Shown here one piece after another: positions 46,913-56,820 of a DNA stretch of 64,000 nt. The position numbers were made by a program, and so were the translations under genes. Below the pieces are notes generated by a model that worked only from the letters and a program-made list of their open reading frames with translations, did no database searches and was not told the origin of the DNA. The DNA comes from an uncultured virus (IMG/VR IMGVR_UViG_3300043468_000945) (Duplodnaviria; Heunggongvirae; Uroviricota; Caudoviricetes; Crassvirales): IMG/VR virus record IMGVR_UViG_3300043468_000945, one strand, 5' to 3'. Position 1 is the stretch's first letter, and each line of letters begins with the position of its first letter.

Positions 46913-49900
46913 ATGGCAAATCTCACTAGGAATTTCATGGCGGGTAGGATGAACAAGGTTGTCGATGAACGCCTTGTTCCGGATGGCGAATACATTGACG
47001 CACTTAATATTCGCATGGGGTCTACCGAGAATGCTGAAATCGGTGTGATTGAAAACGTCAAAGGAAATGTTCAGCTGACGTCGTTAAAGTACATTGACGG
47101 GACGCCATTAAGTAGTGATGCTCGTTGTATTGGAGCTATCGACGATAGTGCAAACGAGACTATCTATTGGTTTATTCATGACAGCAATTTTTCTGTGGGA
47201 GCCACAGGCAAGCTTGACATGATTGTGTCGTTCAACGTATACACCAACGTGCTTACGTATCACGTTATAAGTATTGACGATGGTGGTGGTGTAGATACCA
47301 CGTTGAACTTCAATCCTCAATATCTTATCACAGGCGTAGACATTGTCGACCGCCTTATTTTCTTTACTGACGATTATAATCCCCCTCGCTTTCTCAATAG
47401 GGCGCGTAACTACGCTGACCCTGTTGGGAATGTTGACCAATTTACTGCAGAGTCGTTGCTTGTAATTAAACGACCACCGATTCAGTCTCCTGCAGTTCAG
47501 CCAATCATTACGGCTAATCAGGATAATTTTATGCAAAATCGGTATATCTGTTTTGCATACAGATATAGGTATGAGGACGGAGAGTACTCTGCTACGTCTC
47601 AGTTTTCTCCACCGGCATTTATCCCTAAACCATTTCAGTTCAGCATTAACAGCTTCCTGAATGAGGGGATGACCAACATGGCCAATGCTGCTATTATCAC
47701 TTATAATACAGGTGGTCCATTAGTAAAGAGCATTGACCTACTATTCAAACAGGCCGGCAACAATGAAATCAAGGTTATAGAAAGCCTTGACAAAGCTGTG
47801 CTTGGTCTTCCCAACAATACAAACCTAACCTATACATTTAGCAACAGCAAAATCTTTACGGTATTGCCGCTGTCTGAATTACTTCGTTTGTACGACAACG
47901 TTCCTCGCCTTGCAAAGGCTCAGACCATTATGGGCAACCGCCTTATGTATGGCAACTACGTTGAGGGATATAATATGGTTGACGAGGATAACAACCCTGT
48001 CAGACTCGATTACTCTACAGCACTTATCATAGAGCAGATTGACGCTACTAGTCTTTCTGACACCACTACTTCAGGTAATTATAATTACAATGGAGCGCAA
48101 ACTATTCCGAATGCGGTATTGTCTGTGGACCTTACAGGCGTTGACTTAATTCAAGGAGCAGCGATTACCATTGAGGTACGTATCAGTCACGAAGAATTTA
48201 GTGGAGACACTCCTTTCCCATCTGAACAATCAGAGAATATCAACGCTACGTTCTCATTTGTATTGCCAACGTCTTACACTTCTGTGTTTGCAATGGCTAC
48301 GAGTATTGAGTTCCAAGAAGCAGTAGGAACAGTAGCCAATATCCAACCAATTGCTACGGCATGTGACGGGACGACATTTACTGACTTCATCAACTGTGCT
48401 ATTCCAAACAACTTAGATGCGCTCATCAAGTTTGCAAGTGGTATCAGTGCAGGAGGTCAGCCAATTTCTATTATCACATCACCTGCTAGCCAATCAATCG
48501 GGTTTCAATTTCCGGCGATGCGCTTCGTCAACAACACCACAACTCCAACGTTTGATGTTTATGAGTATTATTCTGTTGTATTTGCTGAAGCTACTTATCA
48601 AAAGATTGACTCTCCGAAAAGCTTGCACAGCAACAGGGGTTACGAGATTGGCATTGTCTACATGGACGAGTTCAATCGTGCGTCTACTGCGTTAGTTAGT
48701 AGAAACAATACGGTTCAAATTCCATGTTCGGCGTCTGATACAAAGAATAGTATTCAAGTAACAATACCTATTTCTCAAAGGGCTCCATATTGGGCGAGTC
48801 GTTACAAGTTTGTAATCAAGCCTGACGAAGAGAACTACGATACCATATACAGCAGTATCTTCTTTAATGACCCGCTAAGTAACAACGCATACTTCTTGCT
48901 AGAAGGCGAGAATGCTCGTAAGGTTGAGCAGGGGGATAGGCTGATTGTAAAGGCTGACACTAGTGGGCCAACAAACAATTGCGTATACGCAACAGTGTTG
49001 GAGAAAGAAGCTAAGCAAGCAGGGTTTATTGAGATTCCTAGTGAGCTAGACCCAACTGTAAATATTCCTGTTCCTTCAGGGGTATACATGAAGATTAATC
49101 CAAACAGCTTCTCGGTTGTTCAAGATGAGCTTTCTGTAATTGCTCCCGGTAATGTACAGGTAGACCAAGATACTAGCGGTGAATGTGCAGTTCTTGCATA
49201 TCCTATGAACCGTTTTGATACTGTTACATCTGCGTGGGTAGACTATGATGTTCCTGCAGGTAGCCGTATCAAGCTAAGCTTTAAGTTTCAGCGTGCAGGC
49301 ACAGGAGACGGAAACAACTCCTGTGAAAAGCGTAACTATACTCTAGAGAAAACTCTTATTGCGTCAAACAACTATTCCAACATGAAAGATTGGTGGGATG
49401 GTGACAACGTAGAGTTGATTCTTAACTCAGGTATTCAAGATATTGGTGGTAATCAGTGTGATGCAGACAACGTATATGACCCAACACTTGCTGCCACCAT
49501 AACTGATATTGATTGCGACCTTTGTACCAACCACTATCGCTTCTTCAGAAATGGAAGTAACAACCAATTGTCTTTGTTGGTAAGTGGAACAATTAGCTGT
49601 AGCGGACTTTTCGCTAAGAAGAAGCGTCGCTCTACAGTGATTGTAAATATCGAGGTGTTCCGTGCTGATACCACAATGATATTCGAGACTGAACCATCAG
49701 ACGCATTGCCTGACGTGTTCTTTGAAAACAACTTGTCATTTGGTATTGATGCTGACGGGAACCATTTAGGAAACGTGCAGGACCAAGACATTGCACTTGG
49801 TATACCCGGAGTGGTAAATACCGAGTTCTTTAACTGCTTTGCATTTGGTAATGGAGCGGAAAGCTACAAAATACTAGATTCAATTGTTGGTAGAACCTTT

Positions 49901-51322
49901 AGCTTGGGCAACCGAGTTACTAGTGTTTCTGCTCAAGAATATAAAGAAGCTGACCGATTTGCGGACATGACCTACAGTGGCGTGTACAATGACGAGTCTA
50001 ATATTAATAAGTTAAACGAGTTCAATTTGGGCTTGGTCAACTTCAAACCATTAGAAGATTCGTTTGGTCCAATCTACAGGATGGACGGTCGAGAGACTGA
50101 CGTGCTTGTTTTGCAAGAAGATAAAATCTCATACGTACTTGCAGGAAAGAACTTACTTTCTGATGCAGCCGCAGGAGGTGCGATTACATCTGTGCCTGAG
50201 GTATTGGGTACGCAGATTGCTCGTGTTGAAAAGTACGGAATCAGCTTTAATCCTGAGAGCTATGTCAATTGGGGATTTGATAGATATTTTACTGACGTAA
50301 AACGCGGAGCTGTTCTTCAGCTAAAAGGTGGTTCATATAACAGTGACCAATTGAAAGTAGTCTCAGAAACAGGTATGCGTACTTGGTTCCGTGACAACTT
50401 TATTGAGACATTTAGTAATCAAAAACTAGGCGGATATGACCCTTACTTAGGAGAGTATGTGCTTTGTACTAATGAGGAGCCGCTACCTCAACCACAAGAG
50501 TGTATCTCATGTGGCGTATCTCAGACGTTCAGTCTTGCTCCGGGAGAAACCCTTGAGTACTGTGTTGAACTTGGACCTAATATTGGAGAGACTGAAATCG
50601 CTTATAACGTACCTGCGGGCTCAACAGGCGTATTCCAAGTAGTAGCAAACTACAATGGGGTAATAGTAAACTCAGGAGCTACGAGCACTAGCGGTACTCT
50701 TGAAATCAATAAAAACCAAATTACAGTAACAACAGTATCGGTTACGATTACTGCTGTAAATACAGTAGAACTAAGCGTTATTATTAGATGCCCGCTATCT
50801 GAGTTCATGTCTATCGTAAACATTTGTTTGACTAGCAATCCTGAAGTAGGCTTCTTTATTCACAACGAATACAGATATACTAGTGGTACATTTACAGGAC
50901 CGCTTCAACAAACTCTAGTATCGTTTGGTTCTAGCATCGGGGGGACTGTAGTGTCTGAATACCAAGTACTCACAGGCCTTCCGGGGACAGCAGGATTTCC
51001 TCCTCCGGGTAGCTTAATGAATATGGCTTCTCATAAATTCGGGTTTGATACTTTCAACTTTAATCCCGAAAACGATAAGTTTATGTTCTTTAGGTCTAAC
51101 ACACTTTATGCGAATACTCCTGAGGATATAGCAGAGTTGATTAGCGAGGCTTCTGTTGTTGAAGGTGTTACAGGTTCAAACGGATATTATTCAGGAGACT
51201 TCTCTGTGCCTAGTGTCGGAGAATACTTATATATGATTTGGGACTACAGGCAATCATTGCCGTTGACGCTTTGCTACTCTGAGGAGAACGAAGCTGATGC
51301 GTGCTGTAACTGTGGAGGATAG
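46913..51322 (+). CDS. tail stabilisation (muzzle-like) protein
   Basis: F..GRMNK..DERLVPDGEYIDALN, FAYRYRYEDGEYS, GNRLMYGNY, YFTD.KRG, GGYDPY. Confidence 0.75.
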   Translation: MANLTRNFMAGRMNKVVDERLVPDGEYIDALNIRMGSTENAEIGVIENVKGNVQLTSLKYIDGTPLSSDARCIGAIDDSANETIYWFIHDSNFSVGATGKLDMIVSFNVYTNVLTYHVISIDDGGGVDTTLNFNPQYLITGVDIVDRLIFFTDDYNPPRFLNRARNYADPVGNVDQFTAESLLVIKRPPIQSPAVQPIITANQDNFMQNRYICFAYRYRYEDGEYSATSQFSPPAFIPKPFQFSINSFLNEGMTNMANAAIITYNTGGPLVKSIDLLFKQAGNNEIKVIESLDKAVLGLPNNTNLTYTFSNSKIFTVLPLSELLRLYDNVPRLAKAQTIMGNRLMYGNYVEGYNMVDEDNNPVRLDYSTALIIEQIDATSLSDTTTSGNYNYNGAQTIPNAVLSVDLTGVDLIQGAAITIEVRISHEEFSGDTPFPSEQSENINATFSFVLPTSYTSVFAMATSIEFQEAVGTVANIQPIATACDGTTFTDFINCAIPNNLDALIKFASGISAGGQPISIITSPASQSIGFQFPAMRFVNNTTTPTFDVYEYYSVVFAEATYQKIDSPKSLHSNRGYEIGIVYMDEFNRASTALVSRNNTVQIPCSASDTKNSIQVTIPISQRAPYWASRYKFVIKPDEENYDTIYSSIFFNDPLSNNAYFLLEGENARKVEQGDRLIVKADTSGPTNNCVYATVLEKEAKQAGFIEIPSELDPTVNIPVPSGVYMKINPNSFSVVQDELSVIAPGNVQVDQDTSGECAVLAYPMNRFDTVTSAWVDYDVPAGSRIKLSFKFQRAGTGDGNNSCEKRNYTLEKTLIASNNYSNMKDWWDGDNVELILNSGIQDIGGNQCDADNVYDPTLAATITDIDCDLCTNHYRFFRNGSNNQLSLLVSGTISCSGLFAKKKRRSTVIVNIEVFRADTTMIFETEPSDALPDVFFENNLSFGIDADGNHLGNVQDQDIALGIPGVVNTEFFNCFAFGNGAESYKILDSIVGRTFSLGNRVTSVSAQEYKEADRFADMTYSGVYNDESNINKLNEFNLGLVNFKPLEDSFGPIYRMDGRETDVLVLQEDKISYVLAGKNLLSDAAAGGAITSVPEVLGTQIARVEKYGISFNPESYVNWGFDRYFTDVKRGAVLQLKGGSYNSDQLKVVSETGMRTWFRDNFIETFSNQKLGGYDPYLGEYVLCTNEEPLPQPQECISCGVSQTFSLAPGETLEYCVELGPNIGETEIAYNVPAGSTGVFQVVANYNGVIVNSGATSTSGTLEINKNQITVTTVSVTITAVNTVELSVIIRCPLSEFMSIVNICLTSNPEVGFFIHNEYRYTSGTFTGPLQQTLVSFGSSIGGTVVSEYQVLTGLPGTAGFPPPGSLMNMASHKFGFDTFNFNPENDKFMFFRSNTLYANTPEDIAELISEASVVEGVTGSNGYYSGDFSVPSVGEYLYMIWDYRQSLPLTLCYSEENEADACCNCGG

Positions 51323-51339
51323 TCTTTAAAATAAAAGAA

Positions 51340-52830
51340 ATGGCAACACAAGCAACATACTACTTAGACGCCCCATCGCTTGCATCGGCTTCAGTAATTT
51401 ATACTGACAGCGAACTTACTACTATAGCTCCTGACGGATTTTATTCTGATGGTACTTTAGTTCGTGAGCAAGCTAGTGGCATTCTGTTACCACAGACTAC
51501 GTGCCCTACTTGCGCTACACCATGTGGAGGCGATATATCAGCTACAGGACAGCAAGGCGTTTATTACCTTGACATTGACTTAGGCACTGACGTTGGAGCT
51601 GTAGAGATTAGCTTTAACCCATTCAGTGTTCCTGATGGTATTCAAGCAACATTTAATAGCGTAACGTACAACGGTCTATCATCGCCTTCATTTGGATGGT
51701 TGCAAGGGTCTCCGGGGTTGCCTACGTACATTGGAGACTCAGGGTCTAACTGTGGATTACCCGGGACATCTCCCCTTAACTTGCCTGTATTCAACTATGA
51801 AAATGGAGCATTTGTAAATTCCGGGGTTGGAGAAACAGTTACCGTTCTTTCAGGTCAATTAGATTTCACCACAGGTGGTCCGGGGAACTCAAAGATGGTA
51901 ATTGCAAAGACTGCCCCAACACCATCTATCCTGTCACTAAAAATGATTGGGCCATGCTCAGGAACTGCGTTCGACATATTAGTAGCTTGCCCTGCCGGGC
52001 TTACCGCATTTGACGCAAGTTTACCATTCGTATCAAGCACGCTTGCATGTGCTGCGCCTATAAGTCAAGTTTATTATGTATCCCACGTAACGGGGGCTGC
52101 AGGTGTCCTTGGGTTGAATGACTTGGTATTTGATGATTCATTTGGCCAATACAAGCTAGCCGCAGGATACTACAGAACTAATGACGCAGGAGCAAACACT
52201 TGGTTTCAAGTAGATATTTATGGCGTAGTAAGAGCGTTTGGGGTTTGCTCAAGTGGAGGAACTACATTTAACGCTTCAGTAGGAAGTGATGCTTCTTCAG
52301 CGTGTGAAGGCGGTATGCCATTAGAGGTTGTTGGTAATAATGCAGTCTTCTGTTCTTGCACTCAGTTTACATCAGCAGCATTTGAAGAGTATGCCACAGG
52401 CGTATACTACCTGTCTTACGGTGGGTACTCGATGGCTATTTCGGTAACAGCAGGAAGCAGTGTTGCTATTGTCGAAGGGCCATGCGTAGCGTGTGCGGAG
52501 GTATCTTCAGTTACCGGAGTAAACGGTTACATGGAGCCTTGTATTGGAGGAACTGTTGACGACCACATGGGAGCTGCAGTATTCTTGGATGCCCCTGTTG
52601 CAGTTGATACCGAGTTTGAAGTTCAAGTATCTTATGTATTCCCGGGGAACAGTTGTGGTTTTGGGAACAATACTCAGACGTTTTTTGTAACTGTTCTAGC
52701 AGGCGAAACGGTTTCAAACTTTAATGCTTGTAGTTCAGGATATTACATATCAGGTGGTGCAAATATTTGTAGCGCTTGCATAGTTTCATGCGACAACTCT
52801 GACGTAGACCTTACAGGATTTACTTGTTAA
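51340..52830 (+). CDS. Cys-rich virion protein
   Basis: APDGFYSDG, CPTC, many Cys. Confidence 0.7.
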   Translation: MATQATYYLDAPSLASASVIYTDSELTTIAPDGFYSDGTLVREQASGILLPQTTCPTCATPCGGDISATGQQGVYYLDIDLGTDVGAVEISFNPFSVPDGIQATFNSVTYNGLSSPSFGWLQGSPGLPTYIGDSGSNCGLPGTSPLNLPVFNYENGAFVNSGVGETVTVLSGQLDFTTGGPGNSKMVIAKTAPTPSILSLKMIGPCSGTAFDILVACPAGLTAFDASLPFVSSTLACAAPISQVYYVSHVTGAAGVLGLNDLVFDDSFGQYKLAAGYYRTNDAGANTWFQVDIYGVVRAFGVCSSGGTTFNASVGSDASSACEGGMPLEVVGNNAVFCSCTQFTSAAFEEYATGVYYLSYGGYSMAISVTAGSSVAIVEGPCVACAEVSSVTGVNGYMEPCIGGTVDDHMGAAVFLDAPVAVDTEFEVQVSYVFPGNSCGFGNNTQTFFVTVLAGETVSNFNACSSGYYISGGANICSACIVSCDNSDVDLTGFTC

Positions 52831-52840
52831 AAATATATAG

Positions 52841-53647
52841 ATGGCAACATATACACTGACATATAGCGAAATGGTCCAAGGATGGCCATCATTTTATTCC
52901 TTTCATCCTGATTGGATGATTGGGATGAATAATTATTTCTATACGTTTAAGGGAGGGAATCTTTACAGACATAACGTAAATAATACCCGCAATAACTTCT
53001 ATGGCGTTCAGTACAACTCAAAGCTGATAAGCGTTCTCAACACCTCGCCATTGGAGAACAAGTTGTTCAAGACCATGAACCTTGAAGGGGATGCTGCTTG
53101 GGATGCTTTGATGGAGACAGACCTTCAGTACTCAGGCTTCATTGAGCTAGGGTGGTTTGAAAAGAAAGAAGCTGCGTGGTTTGCGTTCGTACGTAACTCA
53201 GGGACTGTGCCTGCGACACCGGCGGAATACCCGCTGCGTTCGGTGAATGGTATCGGTAGAAGCAATGTGATTACAGGCCCTGCATCTGCCACTGAGGTAC
53301 GTTTTGTTATTGGCACATCTCCGATTGAGATTGGCAGCATTCTTAGCATTGGAGACTATGTTTACTACAGCTTGCCTCCTAACTTCAACGCCCCTCTTTT
53401 GTTTGGTCAGGTTACGAATATTATTGTAAACTACCCTGCGGGTAATAACAAGATTGTTGTTAATGCTACCATCCCGGGAGCTACAATTCCGTCTATTCAG
53501 AACCCGTATATTTTCTACATTAAAAACTCAGTGGCTGAATCTCATGGAGTATTGGGCCATTACTGTCTCTTTACTCTTGAAAACAATAGAACCAACAAGG
53601 TAGAGTTGTTTGCAGTTGAGTCAGAAGTGATGAAAAGTTATCCTTAA
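52841..53647 (+). CDS. tail protein, possibly a detached C-terminal part of the stabilisation protein
   Basis: TLTYSE..GWPSFYSF, NNFYG, FKTMNLEG, FEKKE, ELFAV.SEV.KS. Confidence 0.65.
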   Translation: MATYTLTYSEMVQGWPSFYSFHPDWMIGMNNYFYTFKGGNLYRHNVNNTRNNFYGVQYNSKLISVLNTSPLENKLFKTMNLEGDAAWDALMETDLQYSGFIELGWFEKKEAAWFAFVRNSGTVPATPAEYPLRSVNGIGRSNVITGPASATEVRFVIGTSPIEIGSILSIGDYVYYSLPPNFNAPLLFGQVTNIIVNYPAGNNKIVVNATIPGATIPSIQNPYIFYIKNSVAESHGVLGHYCLFTLENNRTNKVELFAVESEVMKSYP

Positions 53648-53669
53648 AATTTCAATATCTTTGTAAGAG

Positions 53670-54080
53670 ATGGTATTTAATATACGACCACTGAACGAAA
53701 ATGATTACGAGTCCACATTAACAGGGTGGTGGAAGGATTGGGGATGGGAATCTCCAACAAAAGACTTTCTTCCTGACGATGGGAAAGGGGGCATCATGGT
53801 CCTCGATGGAGACGTGCCCGTTTGTGCAGGTTTTATATACACTACCAACTCTAAAGTGGCTTGGGTGGATTGGATTATTTCTAATAAACAATACCGCAAA
53901 AAACCACAAAGAACTGAAGCAATCAAACTGTTAGTCGAAACCTTGACTAATATTTGTAAAAATACAGGGCATAAATATACCTATGCCTTAATTAAACATC
54001 CTAGCCTAATAAATACCTATGAGCAATTTGGGTATGTAAAGGGGGACGGATACACAGGAGAAATGATAAAAGTATTATAA
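53670..54080 (+). CDS. GNAT-fold-like protein
   Basis: IRPL..NDY, PVCAGF, WIISNKQYR, YEQFGY; TATCTTTG at 53656-53663. Confidence 0.5.
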   Translation: MVFNIRPLNENDYESTLTGWWKDWGWESPTKDFLPDDGKGGIMVLDGDVPVCAGFIYTTNSKVAWVDWIISNKQYRKKPQRTEAIKLLVETLTNICKNTGHKYTYALIKHPSLINTYEQFGYVKGDGYTGEMIKVL

Positions 54081-54081
54081 C

Positions 54082-54915
54082 ATGGCAGTAGCAACAGCAA
54101 CAGCAATAGCAGTAGGAGGGTTGGCAGTATCTGCCGCCACTTCAGGTGCATCTTTCGCCCAAGCTTCAAAGCAGAAAAAAATGCAACGTCAAGCCGAAGC
54201 AGAGGCAGACAAAGCACTACAAGAGGCGCGTCAAAAACTTGACGTGAATTTCTATGAGCAGCTAGGCATTAACAAGGAAGTTTACGAACTAGAGCGTGAA
54301 GCACTATTGTCTTCAGGCGCTCAAGCCATTGAAGCCGGTGTCGAGAGTGAGCGTGGTGCTGCTGCGGTAGCAGGACGTGTACAGATGGCACAGCAACAAG
54401 GTCAAGGAGGAGTTCGTTCAGCAATGAGTCAAGAGCTTCAGAACCTTGACAAACTAGTGGCATCAGAGGACGCACGTCTTAGAGATGCTCAAGCCAATCT
54501 TGATTTAGCAGAAGCCCAAGGTGCGCAGCTTGCAGCTCGTGATGCTCAGGAAGCAGCCGCTGCTGCTACAGCTCAAGGTATGGCAGGTCTTCAAAGCTTA
54601 GGTCAGCAAGCCATTCAGATGGCTCCTCTGTACGATAAGTCGGCAGGTGCTAAGGAATTTCAAAAGCTACAAAAACAGGCTACTGAAGCAGGTATGACGC
54701 AGCAGCAGTTCCAAACTAATTTAGTTGGTCTATCTCAGGCCAATCCACAATTTGCAAATCTATCAGGCGTAGGTTATACACCAACAGGATACGATGCGCA
54801 AGGCAAGCCATTACAAGGCATGATGACTCCTTACGCAATGCAAGATTACATGTCAGGACTAGGAGCAGACTACTTGAAATTACTTAGTCAAACAATGTTT
54901 CCTCAGAAAAAATAA
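54082..54915 (+). CDS. putative ejection/pilot protein
   Basis: Hydrophobic Ala/Gly N-terminus, Q/A-rich coiled coil. Confidence 0.6.
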   Translation: MAVATATAIAVGGLAVSAATSGASFAQASKQKKMQRQAEAEADKALQEARQKLDVNFYEQLGINKEVYELEREALLSSGAQAIEAGVESERGAAAVAGRVQMAQQQGQGGVRSAMSQELQNLDKLVASEDARLRDAQANLDLAEAQGAQLAARDAQEAAAAATAQGMAGLQSLGQQAIQMAPLYDKSAGAKEFQKLQKQATEAGMTQQQFQTNLVGLSQANPQFANLSGVGYTPTGYDAQGKPLQGMMTPYAMQDYMSGLGADYLKLLSQTMFPQKK

Positions 54916-54922
54916 ATAGCAG

Positions 54923-56803
54923 ATGGCCTCATATTATAAATACGCGGAGCGGCAAGCAGATAGTTACGTAGATTGGTCGGAAATCGGTAAGAACATTACC
55001 GATATGCTCAAGACCGAGAATCAAATCCGTGAGGATAAGAAGGCCGCTATTGACAAAGCCTCTCGTGAATTTGGAGAGCAGTTATCTAACTCACCAACAG
55101 GAGAACACCAAGGTCTAAACGAATGGACACTTAGCTATGCAAACGATGCACAGCAAGCTCGATTAATGCAAGACCGTTTATTGAAGTCAGGGCAGTTAAA
55201 GTTGAAAGACTATAACGTCATGCGTCAGAATATCAACGATGGTACTACTCAAGTATTCAACCTGTCAAAAGAATATCAGGAAGAGTACAAGGTTAAGATG
55301 GAGCGCATGAAAGCTCAAGACCCAAACATGTCTTCACAAGAGTTGGAGTCATGGCTTATGGGTACCGTTGAGGGATTCGCAAACTTCACTAAGTCTAAGA
55401 TTCTAATCAACCCTACTGACTTTCAGATTAGCGTTGGTATGATGGAGCCTGACCCCGACAATAAAGGGGTTATGAAACTAACCAACAATGTAGCTACGGT
55501 AAACGAATTGCGTAACCGTATCAAAGCCAAGTTCGATAAGTTTAATACTCAACAGGCCACACAGGAAGTATCAGGTAAGCTTGCTGAGTATATTACTGCT
55601 GACATCAAGCGTGGGTCTGCAACTCGCGCAGGATATGTAGAGACTCTTGAAGACGCAATGCAACGTCCCGGCTATCAGAAAGCATTAGACGAAGCAATCA
55701 ACTCTTACCTAACAAACCCATACAACGTGTCTTCAGTATTGACTGAAGATATTGGCGTTGACAAGAATGGTCAGGCGTATACATTTACGTTTAACGAAGA
55801 GGAGGCAAAGGGTAAGTCAAATGTGATTTTCCTAGAGCGTGACCAATCAGGGATGCCTAAACCTAAGTTCACTAAAGAACAAGAGGATGCGGTACGTGGG
55901 TACATGAAGGGTCAGATTGAGCAGCAGATTAAACATAAGGAAGAGATTCGTCCGTTCCAAGAGCCTCAGAAACCACAGCCACAGCAATGGCAGTACGAAG
56001 CAGGGCGTGGTGTACAAACCGCTAAAACTGAAGGTAACATGCTTGCCAAGTTGTATAGTGGTGACTCAGGAGAAATCCAAGCAGCCGTTGACCACTTCAA
56101 TGGTTTGGGAACTGTAAGGGCTGTCAACAGGACCACTGAGGGTGTTGATGTAACTCTTAATGATGGCACAACCAAGACCATTCGATTCAAGAATCCTGAC
56201 GGTACAGTAATGAGTCAAAACGATTTCGTTCGTGCTGCAACTAAATTGTTGGTAGGAGATAATGCTGATGTGAATGCAGTGCTTCAAGGTGCTGTTGCCA
56301 CAGGTAGAACTGCATTTAATGCAACAGGTACAGCATCTGCTGCAGCTCAAAGAAATAACCCAAGTGAAATGTACGCATCTACCGTAGGTTCAACTATCAG
56401 TACTGCTCTTAAACCTACTGTATTCCAAGATAAGTCAGCAGGATTTAAGGGGTCTGATGGTAAAAAACTTACTGAAGAACAAGTGGCTACAAAGCTAAAT
56501 GCAAGCTTGAGTAGTCTTGGGTTCTCTGCTCGTGTCCCATGGACTGCCGGAAACTACATCGTTATTAAAAATAAAGATGGAGTTGAGTCTGAAGAGATTT
56601 CATTAGATAATCCAAATGATGCGATGAAAGCGATTGAAGGATTTATGATTAGCAACGTTCCCGGAAAAGATGAGGAGGCTCAAATGTTGTACTTGAATAG
56701 TTTGAAATCTAAGGGAATAATAAAAGCTCCGGGGCAACAGCCTGCTGCAAAACCTGCAGTAAAAGCTGATGCTACTACACAACAAAGAATTGGTGGCTAT
56801 TAA
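54923..56803 (+). CDS. putative internal virion protein
   Basis: 626-aa helical protein between the pilot-like and giant proteins. Confidence 0.6.
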   Translation: MASYYKYAERQADSYVDWSEIGKNITDMLKTENQIREDKKAAIDKASREFGEQLSNSPTGEHQGLNEWTLSYANDAQQARLMQDRLLKSGQLKLKDYNVMRQNINDGTTQVFNLSKEYQEEYKVKMERMKAQDPNMSSQELESWLMGTVEGFANFTKSKILINPTDFQISVGMMEPDPDNKGVMKLTNNVATVNELRNRIKAKFDKFNTQQATQEVSGKLAEYITADIKRGSATRAGYVETLEDAMQRPGYQKALDEAINSYLTNPYNVSSVLTEDIGVDKNGQAYTFTFNEEEAKGKSNVIFLERDQSGMPKPKFTKEQEDAVRGYMKGQIEQQIKHKEEIRPFQEPQKPQPQQWQYEAGRGVQTAKTEGNMLAKLYSGDSGEIQAAVDHFNGLGTVRAVNRTTEGVDVTLNDGTTKTIRFKNPDGTVMSQNDFVRAATKLLVGDNADVNAVLQGAVATGRTAFNATGTASAAAQRNNPSEMYASTVGSTISTALKPTVFQDKSAGFKGSDGKKLTEEQVATKLNASLSSLGFSARVPWTAGNYIVIKNKDGVESEEISLDNPNDAMKAIEGFMISNVPGKDEEAQMLYLNSLKSKGIIKAPGQQPAAKPAVKADATTQQRIGGY

Positions 56804-56820
56804 TTGATTAAATTTGAATA

